Both the position numbers and the translations under genes were made by a program. From Mucisphaera calidilacus (GTDB lineage Bacteria; Planctomycetota; Phycisphaerae; Phycisphaerales; Phycisphaeraceae), in assembly GCF_007748075.1 (NCBI RefSeq), contig NZ_CP036280.1:1230001-1262000 (forward strand): DNA of 32,000 nt. Direction: 5' to 3'. The notes below the pieces were generated by a model, which had not been told where the DNA came from, made no database searches, and worked only from the letters and a program-made list of their open reading frames with translations. Shown here one piece after another: positions 25,031 through 32,000 of the stretch; the stretch's first letter is position 1; each line of letters opens with the position of its first letter.

Positions 25031-25348
25031 ATCGTTCCTGCAGGCGGCTAACTGAATATTACCGGACCTTTTCAGCTTGCGAAAGGGCGGTCTGAGACGA
25101 CTGGCGAAGATGGGCAAGCCGCTTTCGGAGACAGCCGAGGGGGTGTTCCTCTGGAGTGACCCGCCGCAAGGCCGGTCCATGCTGGGAGCACCTTGTTCAA
25201 GCGATGAGGTCGCGGGATGAATCAGGCCCCAACGGATTGCCGGAGGATCCCAGACGGTCTGCATCGCGCGGTGTGTTGGTCTGCCCCGTCTGTCCTGCTA
25301 ACATCGCCCGTTTGGTTCCTGATCCAGATGACGTTTCGGAGAGGTCGC

Positions 25349-26722
25349 ATGACCATCGTCTCGGAAGACAACGCTCAGACGCACGAGGCCGGCCCGGGAC
25401 AGGCCCTCGAAAACTGTATTGTCGTCGGCCTCCAGTGGGGCGACGAGGGCAAGGGCAAGGTCGTGGACATGCTCGCCGAGCGCTACGACGCGGTGGTGCG
25501 GTACAACGGCGGCGCCAACGCCGGGCACTCGGTCGTGGTTGGCGACAAACGCTACGCCCTGCACCTGATCCCCAGCGGGATCCTCTACGCGGACAAGCTC
25601 AATGTCCTGGGCAACGGCGTGGTGATCGACGTTGACCAGCTCATCAAAGAGATCGACGGCTTGATCGACCAGGGCATCGCGGTCGGCACGAACCTCCGCA
25701 TCTCGGACCGTGCTCACATCGTCATGCCATACCACAAGGCTCAGGACGGGCTGGTCGAGCGAGCGATCGCCAAGGGATCGGGTGAGGGAGCGGCCATCGG
25801 CACCACCGGCCGAGGCATCGGGCCCTGCTACGCCGACAAGGCCACGCGCTCGACCGCGATCCGCGTCTGTGACCTGTTGAACCCCGACGTGCTCCGCCAG
25901 AAACTCACGCAGACTTTGAAGATCAAGAACACGGTCCTCCGCGCGCTCGCCGAGCACGCGGGCGAATCCTTCGAGGACTTCGACACCGAGGAACTCTTCG
26001 CGAGGGCCGTGAAGCACGGCAAGCGGCTCGCGCCGCACGTCTCCGACACCTCCGAGTTGCTCAACGACGCGATCACCAGCGGCAAGCACCTGCTCTTCGA
26101 GGGTGCCAACGCGACGCTGCTCGACATCGACCACGGCACTTATCCCTACGTCACGTCGAGTAACTGCTCGTCCCCCGGTGCACACACGGGGACCGGTGTC
26201 CCGGGCCATCGTGTCTCCAAGGTCGTCGGCATCGTCAAGGCGTATCAGACACGCGTCGGCGGCGGTCCTATGCCGACCGAACTCCACGACGCGCAGGGTG
26301 ATCGGATCCGCGAACAGGGTCGCGAGTACGGCACCACCACGGGCAGGCCGCGCCGCTGCGGCTGGCTCGACCTCGTGGCGCTGCGGTACACGACCCGCGT
26401 CTCGGGCGCAACCGACATCGCCCTGATGCTCCTCGATGTTCTTTCCGGCCTCGGCGACCTCAAGCTCTGCACCGCCTACGAGATCGACGGCGAGACCACG
26501 GGGCGTTTCCCAGCCGACGTCACCAAGCTCGAAGCGGCCAGGCCCGTCTTCGAGACCCTGCCCGGATTCGACGAGGACCTGACCGGATGCCGAGCCGTGG
26601 AGGACCTGCCCGAGGCCGCGCAGGCCTACGTCCACCGGATCGAAGAGGTCGTGGGCGTTCCGGTCAGCATCATCAGCGTCGGCCCGGCGCGCGACCAGAC
26701 CATCTGGCGCGAACCCGCCTGA
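25349..26722 (+). CDS. purA: Adenylosuccinate synthetase
   Basis: VVGLQWGDEGKGKVVD, YNGGANAGHSVV, GTTGRGIGPCYADK and GTTTGRPRRCGWLD. GGAGAGG SD upstream of the ATG at 25349. Confidence 0.95.
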   Translation: MTIVSEDNAQTHEAGPGQALENCIVVGLQWGDEGKGKVVDMLAERYDAVVRYNGGANAGHSVVVGDKRYALHLIPSGILYADKLNVLGNGVVIDVDQLIKEIDGLIDQGIAVGTNLRISDRAHIVMPYHKAQDGLVERAIAKGSGEGAAIGTTGRGIGPCYADKATRSTAIRVCDLLNPDVLRQKLTQTLKIKNTVLRALAEHAGESFEDFDTEELFARAVKHGKRLAPHVSDTSELLNDAITSGKHLLFEGANATLLDIDHGTYPYVTSSNCSSPGAHTGTGVPGHRVSKVVGIVKAYQTRVGGGPMPTELHDAQGDRIREQGREYGTTTGRPRRCGWLDLVALRYTTRVSGATDIALMLLDVLSGLGDLKLCTAYEIDGETTGRFPADVTKLEAARPVFETLPGFDEDLTGCRAVEDLPEAAQAYVHRIEEVVGVPVSIISVGPARDQTIWREPA

Positions 26723-26766
26723 ACCCCCGGCGTATCAACCGTTGTCACACCACAACGGAGTCAGTT

Positions 26767-27522
26767 TTGAATACCGCTACCGCCAGCGAGATCGAGCGGC
26801 TGGGCATCCCGGCCGCCGCGTTACCCCATCACGTCGCCATCATCATGGACGGCAACGGGCGATGGGCCGCTTCCCGAAACCTCGACCGTTCCGAGGGCCA
26901 CAAGGCAGGTGCCCGGCGAACGCCGCCGATCGTCGAATCGGCCAGCCGGCTCGGCATCGAGGCCATGACGCTCTACAGCTTCTCGACCGAGAACTGGGCC
27001 CGCGCCGAGGCGGAGGTCGGCGTCCTGATGAACCTCTACACCGAGTACCTTGTCTCGCAGCGACCGCTGCTGACCGACAATAACGTCCGGTTCCGACACC
27101 TCGGTCAGCGCGACGGACTGCCCGCACGCGTTCTCGACGAGCTTGATCGCAACGTCGAACTCACTGCCGACAATACCGGTCTGACGCTCCACCTTGCGCT
27201 GAACTACGGCAGCAGGGCCGAGATCACCGCCGCCGTGCGATCGATCGCTGCTGACGCCGCCTCGGGTGAACTCACGACCGCTGAGGTCGATGAGGCTCTG
27301 ATCAGCTCACGACTGGGGACCGCCGGCAGCCCCGACCCCGACTTGTTGATCCGCACGTCCGGCGAGATGCGTATCAGCAACTACCTCCTCTGGCAGATCA
27401 GCTACGCGGAGCTGTACGTCACCGATACCTACTGGCCCGATTTCACGCCGGAGCATTTTCATGAGGCCCTGCGTGACTTCGCCGGCCGCCAGCGTCGCTT
27501 CGGCAGAGAGCAGTCCGAGTAA
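26767..27522 (+). CDS. uppS: Undecaprenyl-diphosphate synthase (cis-isoprenyl transferase)
   Basis: HHVAIIMDGNGRWA, YSFSTENWAR and LIRTSGEMRISNYLLWQISYAELY. A TTG start at 26767 is proposed: GGAG lies 7 nt upstream and no in-frame ATG precedes the conserved N-terminus. The exact start is uncertain. Confidence 0.85.
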   Translation: MNTATASEIERLGIPAAALPHHVAIIMDGNGRWAASRNLDRSEGHKAGARRTPPIVESASRLGIEAMTLYSFSTENWARAEAEVGVLMNLYTEYLVSQRPLLTDNNVRFRHLGQRDGLPARVLDELDRNVELTADNTGLTLHLALNYGSRAEITAAVRSIAADAASGELTTAEVDEALISSRLGTAGSPDPDLLIRTSGEMRISNYLLWQISYAELYVTDTYWPDFTPEHFHEALRDFAGRQRRFGREQSE

Positions 27523-27525
27523 ATC

Positions 27526-27831
27526 TCACCGCCGCTGCGTGTCTTCATCCAGCGGGGCTTCGGGTAATTCGTCCGCGGGACCGATCGGGTCCGGCACCTT
27601 GTGCCCGTAACGGAACAGGACCAGCTCGCAGGCCCGGCAACGCCAGCCCGGCAGGCGATTGGGTCGCATCACCGCGTGGGTGCCCGGCAGGCTTTCGCTC
27701 ATGCTCATCGTTGCGCTCGGCGACCAGGGCAGCCATCCGATCCCGCCCGACACGGGCAGCACCCCCGGCTGCATCCGGGCGTGACACTTCGGGCAGCGGA
27801 CGACCTCGGGCTCCGGGACGTGACTGGCCAT
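27526..27831 (-). CDS. Small zinc-ribbon-like protein (two CxxC pairs)
   Basis: RCPKCHARM ... WRCRACELVLF. Co-directional with rny and just downstream of it. Start uncertain: ATG at 27831 has no SD, and GTG at 27897 would overlap rny. Confidence 0.5.
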   Translation of the reverse strand: MASHVPEPEVVRCPKCHARMQPGVLPVSGGIGWLPWSPSATMSMSESLPGTHAVMRPNRLPGWRCRACELVLFRYGHKVPDPIGPADELPEAPLDEDTQRR

Positions 27832-27865
27832 GCGTTGATGGTAGTGCTTCAACGCACCGTCGGCA

Positions 27866-29491
27866 TCAACGCGCGAACTCGACCGTGCGCATCTCACGCA
27901 GCACGGTGACCTTAATCTCGCCCGGGAACGTCATTTCCTCGGAGACACGCTTGGCGATGTCGCGGGCGATGTAGGAGCACTTCGCGTCGTCGATGTTGTC
28001 CGGGTCGACGATCACACGCACCTCGCGGCCCGCCTGGATGGCGTAGGCCTGCTGCACGCCGTCGTGGTCCGTCGCGATGCCCTCGAGCTGCTCGAGACGC
28101 CGCACGTACTTCTCCAGCGTCTCGCGTCGTGCGCCGGGTCGTGCGCCGGAGATGGCGTCGGCCGCCATGATGATCGGCGTGTAAGGCGTGGTCGCGGGGA
28201 TGTCGTTGTGGTGGCCGCCGATCGCGTTGAGCACCGCTTCGTCTGTTTCGCCGTGCTTCTTGGCGAACTCCATGCCGATCGCCGGGTGGCCACCCTCGAC
28301 CTCGTGGTCCATCGCCTTGCCCAGGTCGTGCAGGAATCCGCACCGGCGGGCCAGCTCGCCATCCAGCCCCAGCTGGTCCGCGATGACCTGTGACAGGTAG
28401 GCGACCTCCATCGAGTGGCGGAGGATGTTCTGGCCGTACGACATGCGGTAGTAGAGGCGGCCCATCATCTCGGAGATGCGTGGGTTGAGGCCGCGGACGT
28501 GGGCCTCGATGCAGGCGTCCTGGCCGTACTTGACGACGCGCTCCTGGATCTCCTTGCCCATCTGCTCGACGATCTCCTCGATCCGCGTCGGGTGGATGCG
28601 GCCGTCGTCGATCAGCTTCTGCAGGGACTCGGAGGCCACGGCACGGCGGATGGGATCGAAGCAGGAGACCACGATGACGCCGGGGGTGTCATCGACGATG
28701 ACGTCGACGCCGGTGGCTTTCTCGAACGCGCGGATGTTGCGTCCCTCACGGCCGATGACGCGGCCCTTGAGGTCGTCGGAGGGGATCGGGATCGCGGAGA
28801 CCGTGGCTTCCGCGGTGTGCTCGGAGGCGTAGCGCTGGATCGCGTTGAGGGTGATCTCCAGCGACTTCTGCCGGGCTTCGTCCTCGGCACGCTCGGTCAG
28901 CCGTTGAATCAGCTGGCCGGCTTCTTCCTGGGCCTCGAGCTCCACGGCACGGATGGCCTGCTTGCGTGCGTCGTCCTCCGAGAGATTGGCGATTCGCAGC
29001 AGTTCCTGTTTCTGCTCATCACGCGTCTTCACGAGCATCGCCTGATGCTCCTCGATGAGCTGATCCAGCTCGGCGTCGCGCTTCTGGACCTTCGACTCGC
29101 GGCCACGCAGCTCGTCTTCCGTGCGAGCGATCTGCTTCTCGCGGTCGGTCAGGGCGTCGAGTTTGCGGTCGAGGTTGTCCTCGCGCTTGGTCAGACGCCG
29201 TTCGATCTCCTTGATCTCGGCACGCGTCTGCTCGGTCTCCTTGTCGAACTTCTCGCGCAGCGACGCCTGCTCGGCGCGGGCGTCAAGCTCGAGCTGCTTG
29301 CGGAGGGTCTCGCCCTCCGAGCGTGCGTTGGCCAGGATCGACTCCGCCTCACGGCGTGCCTGCGTCAGGCTCTGCATCCCGAGGAAACGGGATGCCAGCA
29401 CCATCAGGATGCCGCCAACGACCACGCCGCCGATGAGCATGATGATCGCTACGGGCGTGGAAACTTCAGCCAGGATCAGGGAGCTGGGCAT
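27866..29491 (-). CDS. rny: Ribonuclease Y
   Basis: N-terminal TM helix ([20 protein letters not shown]), a long charged coiled coil, KH domain ([26 protein letters not shown]) and HD domain ([17 protein letters not shown]). Confidence 0.95.
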   Translation of the reverse strand: MPSSLILAEVSTPVAIIMLIGGVVVGGILMVLASRFLGMQSLTQARREAESILANARSEGETLRKQLELDARAEQASLREKFDKETEQTRAEIKEIERRLTKREDNLDRKLDALTDREKQIARTEDELRGRESKVQKRDAELDQLIEEHQAMLVKTRDEQKQELLRIANLSEDDARKQAIRAVELEAQEEAGQLIQRLTERAEDEARQKSLEITLNAIQRYASEHTAEATVSAIPIPSDDLKGRVIGREGRNIRAFEKATGVDVIVDDTPGVIVVSCFDPIRRAVASESLQKLIDDGRIHPTRIEEIVEQMGKEIQERVVKYGQDACIEAHVRGLNPRISEMMGRLYYRMSYGQNILRHSMEVAYLSQVIADQLGLDGELARRCGFLHDLGKAMDHEVEGGHPAIGMEFAKKHGETDEAVLNAIGGHHNDIPATTPYTPIIMAADAISGARPGARRETLEKYVRRLEQLEGIATDHDGVQQAYAIQAGREVRVIVDPDNIDDAKCSYIARDIAKRVSEEMTFPGEIKVTVLREMRTVEFAR

Positions 29492-29829
29492 GCTGACCTC
29501 TTCTGCGCCGGGACGGCGCGTGTCAGAACGCTCAGCGGGGGATCGGGGCACGTCACGCGGCACGCGGCCCCCGGAGGGGTGCCGATTGCTCGACGCGACA
29601 TCGTCAGGATGCGTGCGGCCTTCGCCGCATCGGGAACTTGCCTCAATCTATCCCGCCGGCCTCTCGGCCTAGCGTCCGGGACCCGAGGGGTCCCGATTCA
29701 TCGGATGACCGGCTGAGGCACTCACCAGCAGCGGGCATGCCGAGTTGTTTCGCGGATTCTCAACGCCGCGTGCGGTTCAGGGTAAACCCTGAGCGGGGAG
29801 AATCTTGCGTATTTCTCACAAACACTCAC

Positions 29830-29858
29830 ACTTTAGTCACAGGAATGTGTAACGGCAA
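29830..29858 (-). promoter_or_regulatory. Sigma70-like promoter candidate: TTGCCG, 17-nt spacer, TAAAGT
   Basis: Minus strand reads ttgccg (29858-29853), a 17-nt spacer, then taaagt (29835-29830), in a locally AT-richer patch. It would give rny a leader of about 330 nt. Confidence 0.3.
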
Positions 29859-29859
29859 G

Positions 29860-30738
29860 TCAGCCGGGTGAGGCGGTCTGGGCAGGCTCACGCGGCCAGA
29901 GGGAAAGCATCGCCGAGGTCATTGACTGGGAGTCACCCGCCGGCACACGCATCATCCGGTCGTCATCGAGCCCCGGGCAGACGTGACCCTCCAGAATCAC
30001 GGGCAAGCCGGCGTGTCGCGCCAGCGAGACCAACTCCTCCGGTCGCTCGGACGAGGATGCAATGACCACCATCTCCAGGCAGCCCAGCCACGGCCAGGGC
30101 CAGGCGAAAGAAGGCTCCTGCAGCAGGATGTGAGGCAGCGTGCCCTCGGTCCAGAGCGACTCAACCTGCGGCCGATGCCCGATCCCGGATTCGAGTATCA
30201 GACGCGGACGCTCGGTCAGCGGGAGTGCTTCGATCTCGTGGCTGATGCCCACGCCCAGGGCCGCCGATTCCAGCAACGCGCTCGCGGGCTGATCAGTCAA
30301 CAGGCCGATGAGCACCGCGGCGTCAGAGTCAGCCTCCGCTTCGAGCCAACGACGACGTGTCGCGGCTCGATCCACGCCGGCCATCTCCCGCTCCAGCGAA
30401 ACAGACACGTCTTCCGCCGGCAGGAGTACGTGCCCCGAGTCGACGCGTGCCGTCGGCCACAGCCACTCGCCCCAGCCCAGCGACGTGTTCGACCAGACCA
30501 CCAGCTGCTCGGGCTTGCGCCACCGGTCCGAAAGCTTGCGCAGCACCGGATATCCCAGCAGCCGTGAGCCGAGCGGGGGGCTGATCAGCCGTGTCGGTGT
30601 GAAATCAGCCAGCTCCAGCAGCGTGCGTGTCGAGCGTCCGCCGACCACGATGGTCACGACGTCCGGGTCGAGGGCTGCCGCGGTCTTCATCCCCAGGACA
30701 TCGAGGCAGCTCGGATCGACGGACAGGTGGATCCTCAA
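29860..30738 (-). CDS. Hypothetical protein (292 aa), last gene of the lipoprotein operon
   Basis: ORF with coding-type composition. Its TTG start overlaps the upstream stop (TTGA); an alternative ATG is at 30690. No motif recognised. Confidence 0.55.
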   Translation of the reverse strand: MRIHLSVDPSCLDVLGMKTAAALDPDVVTIVVGGRSTRTLLELADFTPTRLISPPLGSRLLGYPVLRKLSDRWRKPEQLVVWSNTSLGWGEWLWPTARVDSGHVLLPAEDVSVSLEREMAGVDRAATRRRWLEAEADSDAAVLIGLLTDQPASALLESAALGVGISHEIEALPLTERPRLILESGIGHRPQVESLWTEGTLPHILLQEPSFAWPWPWLGCLEMVVIASSSERPEELVSLARHAGLPVILEGHVCPGLDDDRMMRVPAGDSQSMTSAMLSLWPREPAQTASPG

Positions 30739-31376
30739 CGCCGTGGCTCCGCTTCCCAGTGCTTGTAAAACAGCTTCGAGACCTTGAGGGCGATGTCCTC
30801 GGCCATCTTCTGCGAGGCCAGTCTTGAGGTCGCCCGGCCGGCGCGGTCGTCGTGCATCGGCTTGAGCTTCACCTCCAGGCGGTGCGATCCCGATTCGGGA
30901 TAGACGCGCTGTCCGCTCTCGACGTCCACCACGGTCACACTCACTGCCGCCTGAGGACGCAGCATCCCCGGGGCCATGTCGAGTTTGGCCGATTCGATCA
31001 CGACACAGACCACTTCCTTGGCGCCGAGTTCCCTGCCGATGACGTCGATCGGCGTCTTGGGGAAGACGTCCTCACGGCCCAGGCGGTCGGCCAGGGCACT
31101 CAGCCTCTGAGCCGGGATGAAGTCCTCGTCGATCCGCTTGTCGATGTTCTCGGTGATGTAGAAGCCGACCATCTCCGCGATCTGCGACGTGAGTCCCGCC
31201 GAGCCGAGTTGCTCGTCGGGGTCATCCACCATCACCAGCACCGGGAAGACCTTGAGCTTGTAGGCGGCGGGGATCCGCGGGGCACCGGTCACGGCGGCGG
31301 CGGTGTAGCCGAAGAACGCGCAGCCGGGGAGCAGAAGCGTGACGAGCAGCAGGACCACCAGGTTGGTGTGCCGCAT
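30735..31376 (-). CDS. Lipoprotein (213 aa), paralogous to the upstream gene
   Basis: MRHTNLVVLLLVTLLLPGC is a signal peptide with a lipobox Cys. The ATG overlaps the upstream stop by 1 nt (TGATG). The 419-aa track ORF is a read-through of an upstream out-of-frame region. Confidence 0.8.
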   Translation of the reverse strand: MRHTNLVVLLLVTLLLPGCAFFGYTAAAVTGAPRIPAAYKLKVFPVLVMVDDPDEQLGSAGLTSQIAEMVGFYITENIDKRIDEDFIPAQRLSALADRLGREDVFPKTPIDVIGRELGAKEVVCVVIESAKLDMAPGMLRPQAAVSVTVVDVESGQRVYPESGSHRLEVKLKPMHDDRAGRATSRLASQKMAEDIALKVSKLFYKHWEAEPRR

Positions 31377-32000
31377 CACTTCCTCACCTCGTGTTTGCGG
31401 AAGAGGTTCGTGGCCTTCTGGGCGAACGCCTGAAGAAGACCGATCTCGACGGTCTGGCTGTCGGACTCGAGCACGCCGATCTGCGTCTCGGGCGGGTACT
31501 GGACCGAGACCACCGAGCTGAAGGCGGCGTTGTCCGGGTCTTCGGACTCGACCTCGATCACGCTGACGTCCGCGCTCACGACACCACGCCAGACGTGAGC
31601 GTTGCCCGGCTCGTGCAGCCGGTACTCGTACAGGCCCACCAGCACCAGGCGGTCGACCCCCAGCCCCTCGATCAGCTTCGAGGGCAGCAGGGTCTCCCAG
31701 TAGGGGTTGTCGTTCGTGAACGCGTCCACCGTCGCGGGATCGGCGAGCGTGACGTTCTCCAGGCCCGTGACCAGCGAGGCCCCGAGGCTCTGCGCGATCA
31801 GGCGGGACGCACCCGGGTGCTGGTAGAGGATCTGATCGTCGGCGGCGACCAGCACCGCCACGCGGCGCCCGTCGAGTCCGAGATAGGCCGCGTCGACCTC
31901 CTCCTTGTCCTCGTAGCCGAGAAACAGGTAAGAGAGAAAGTCGCAGCCGCCCAGCGACGGTATCAGGGCAGCGAGAACGAGCAGACAGAGCCACGATCGA
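31376..32000 (-). CDS. Lipoprotein, 5'-truncated by the window end
   Basis: Extending track ORF 31376..31861 upstream in frame gives ..RSWLCLLVLAALIPSLGGCDFLSYLFLGYEDKEEVDAAYLGLDGRRVAVLVAADD, a signal peptide with lipobox LGGC. The start codon lies outside the window. Confidence 0.7.
   Translation of the reverse strand, partial: RSWLCLLVLAALIPSLGGCDFLSYLFLGYEDKEEVDAAYLGLDGRRVAVLVAADDQILYQHPGASRLIAQSLGASLVTGLENVTLADPATVDAFTNDNPYWETLLPSKLIEGLGVDRLVLVGLYEYRLHEPGNAHVWRGVVSADVSVIEVESEDPDNAAFSSVVSVQYPPETQIGVLESDSQTVEIGLLQAFAQKATNLFRKHEVRK

Noticed and set aside
25217-25348. N-terminal extensions of the purA (25217) and uppS (26587) track ORFs
   Set aside because: The conserved family N-termini begin much later. 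The extensions overlap upstream non-coding sequence or, for uppS, the end of purA.
25298-26635. 445-aa minus-strand ORF opposite purA
   Set aside because: Antisense shadow of adenylosuccinate synthetase.
28415-29716. 433-aa + strand ORF opposite rny
   Set aside because: Antisense shadow of RNase Y that also runs into non-coding leader sequence.
31377-31994. Upstream part of the 419-aa track ORF (30735..31994)
   Set aside because: The segment upstream of MRHTNLVV is Arg/Gly/Pro-rich (GGRRGLSRTRRAPRGGAGRRRR). It overlaps, in another frame, a better lipoprotein ORF. The real gene starts at the signal peptide, ATG 31376.
1-32000. Search for CRISPR arrays, IS elements, integrases, phage or defence genes, rRNA, tRNA, tmRNA, SRP RNA and RNase P RNA
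   Set aside because: I saw no spaced direct repeats, no terminal inverted repeats flanking an ORF, no transposase, recombinase or nuclease-helicase defence signatures, and no characteristic conserved RNA motifs. The WYL regulator is the only defence-associated domain, and its neighbours are metabolic.

Overview
Visibly GC-rich, gene-dense bacterial chromosome segment. About 33 credible CDSs; I found no rRNA, tRNA, CRISPR array, transposase or integrase by eye. Most genes are core housekeeping. Translation and RNA turnover: stand-alone EF-G, ABC-F ATPase, rsmA, rpsO-pnp, a cold-shock protein and RNase Y. Repair: mutL. Biosynthesis: hemL, serA, purA and uppS. The prepilin-type N-terminus, the lipoprotein style and the divergent EF-G suggest a Planctomycetota/PVC-like organism, but that is inference only. 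Because the DNA is GC-rich, the ORF track holds many long antisense shadow ORFs and over-extended N-termini. I re-set starts using conserved N-termini and Shine-Dalgarno-like sequences. The window reads mainly as an ordinary core region, and I see no clear-cut novel system. The best uncharacterised candidates are: (1) a same-strand CYTH / FabZ / insert-bearing ACP / second hotdog dehydratase / WYL-regulator cluster (10474-13483), preceded by a HEAT-repeat plus membrane-protein pair; (2) a translationally coupled unknown BshC-like protein / orphan LarB / NAD(P)HX dehydratase operon (7462-10486); (3) tandem paralogous lipoproteins plus an unknown 292-aa protein (29860-32000). Several structured non-coding regions also merit a check: the pnp leader hairpin, the rpsO leader, a promoter-to-T-tract unit upstream of fusA, a ZTP-like core upstream of purA, and a long rny leader. 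All protein calls rest on motifs recognised by eye; no database search was possible.
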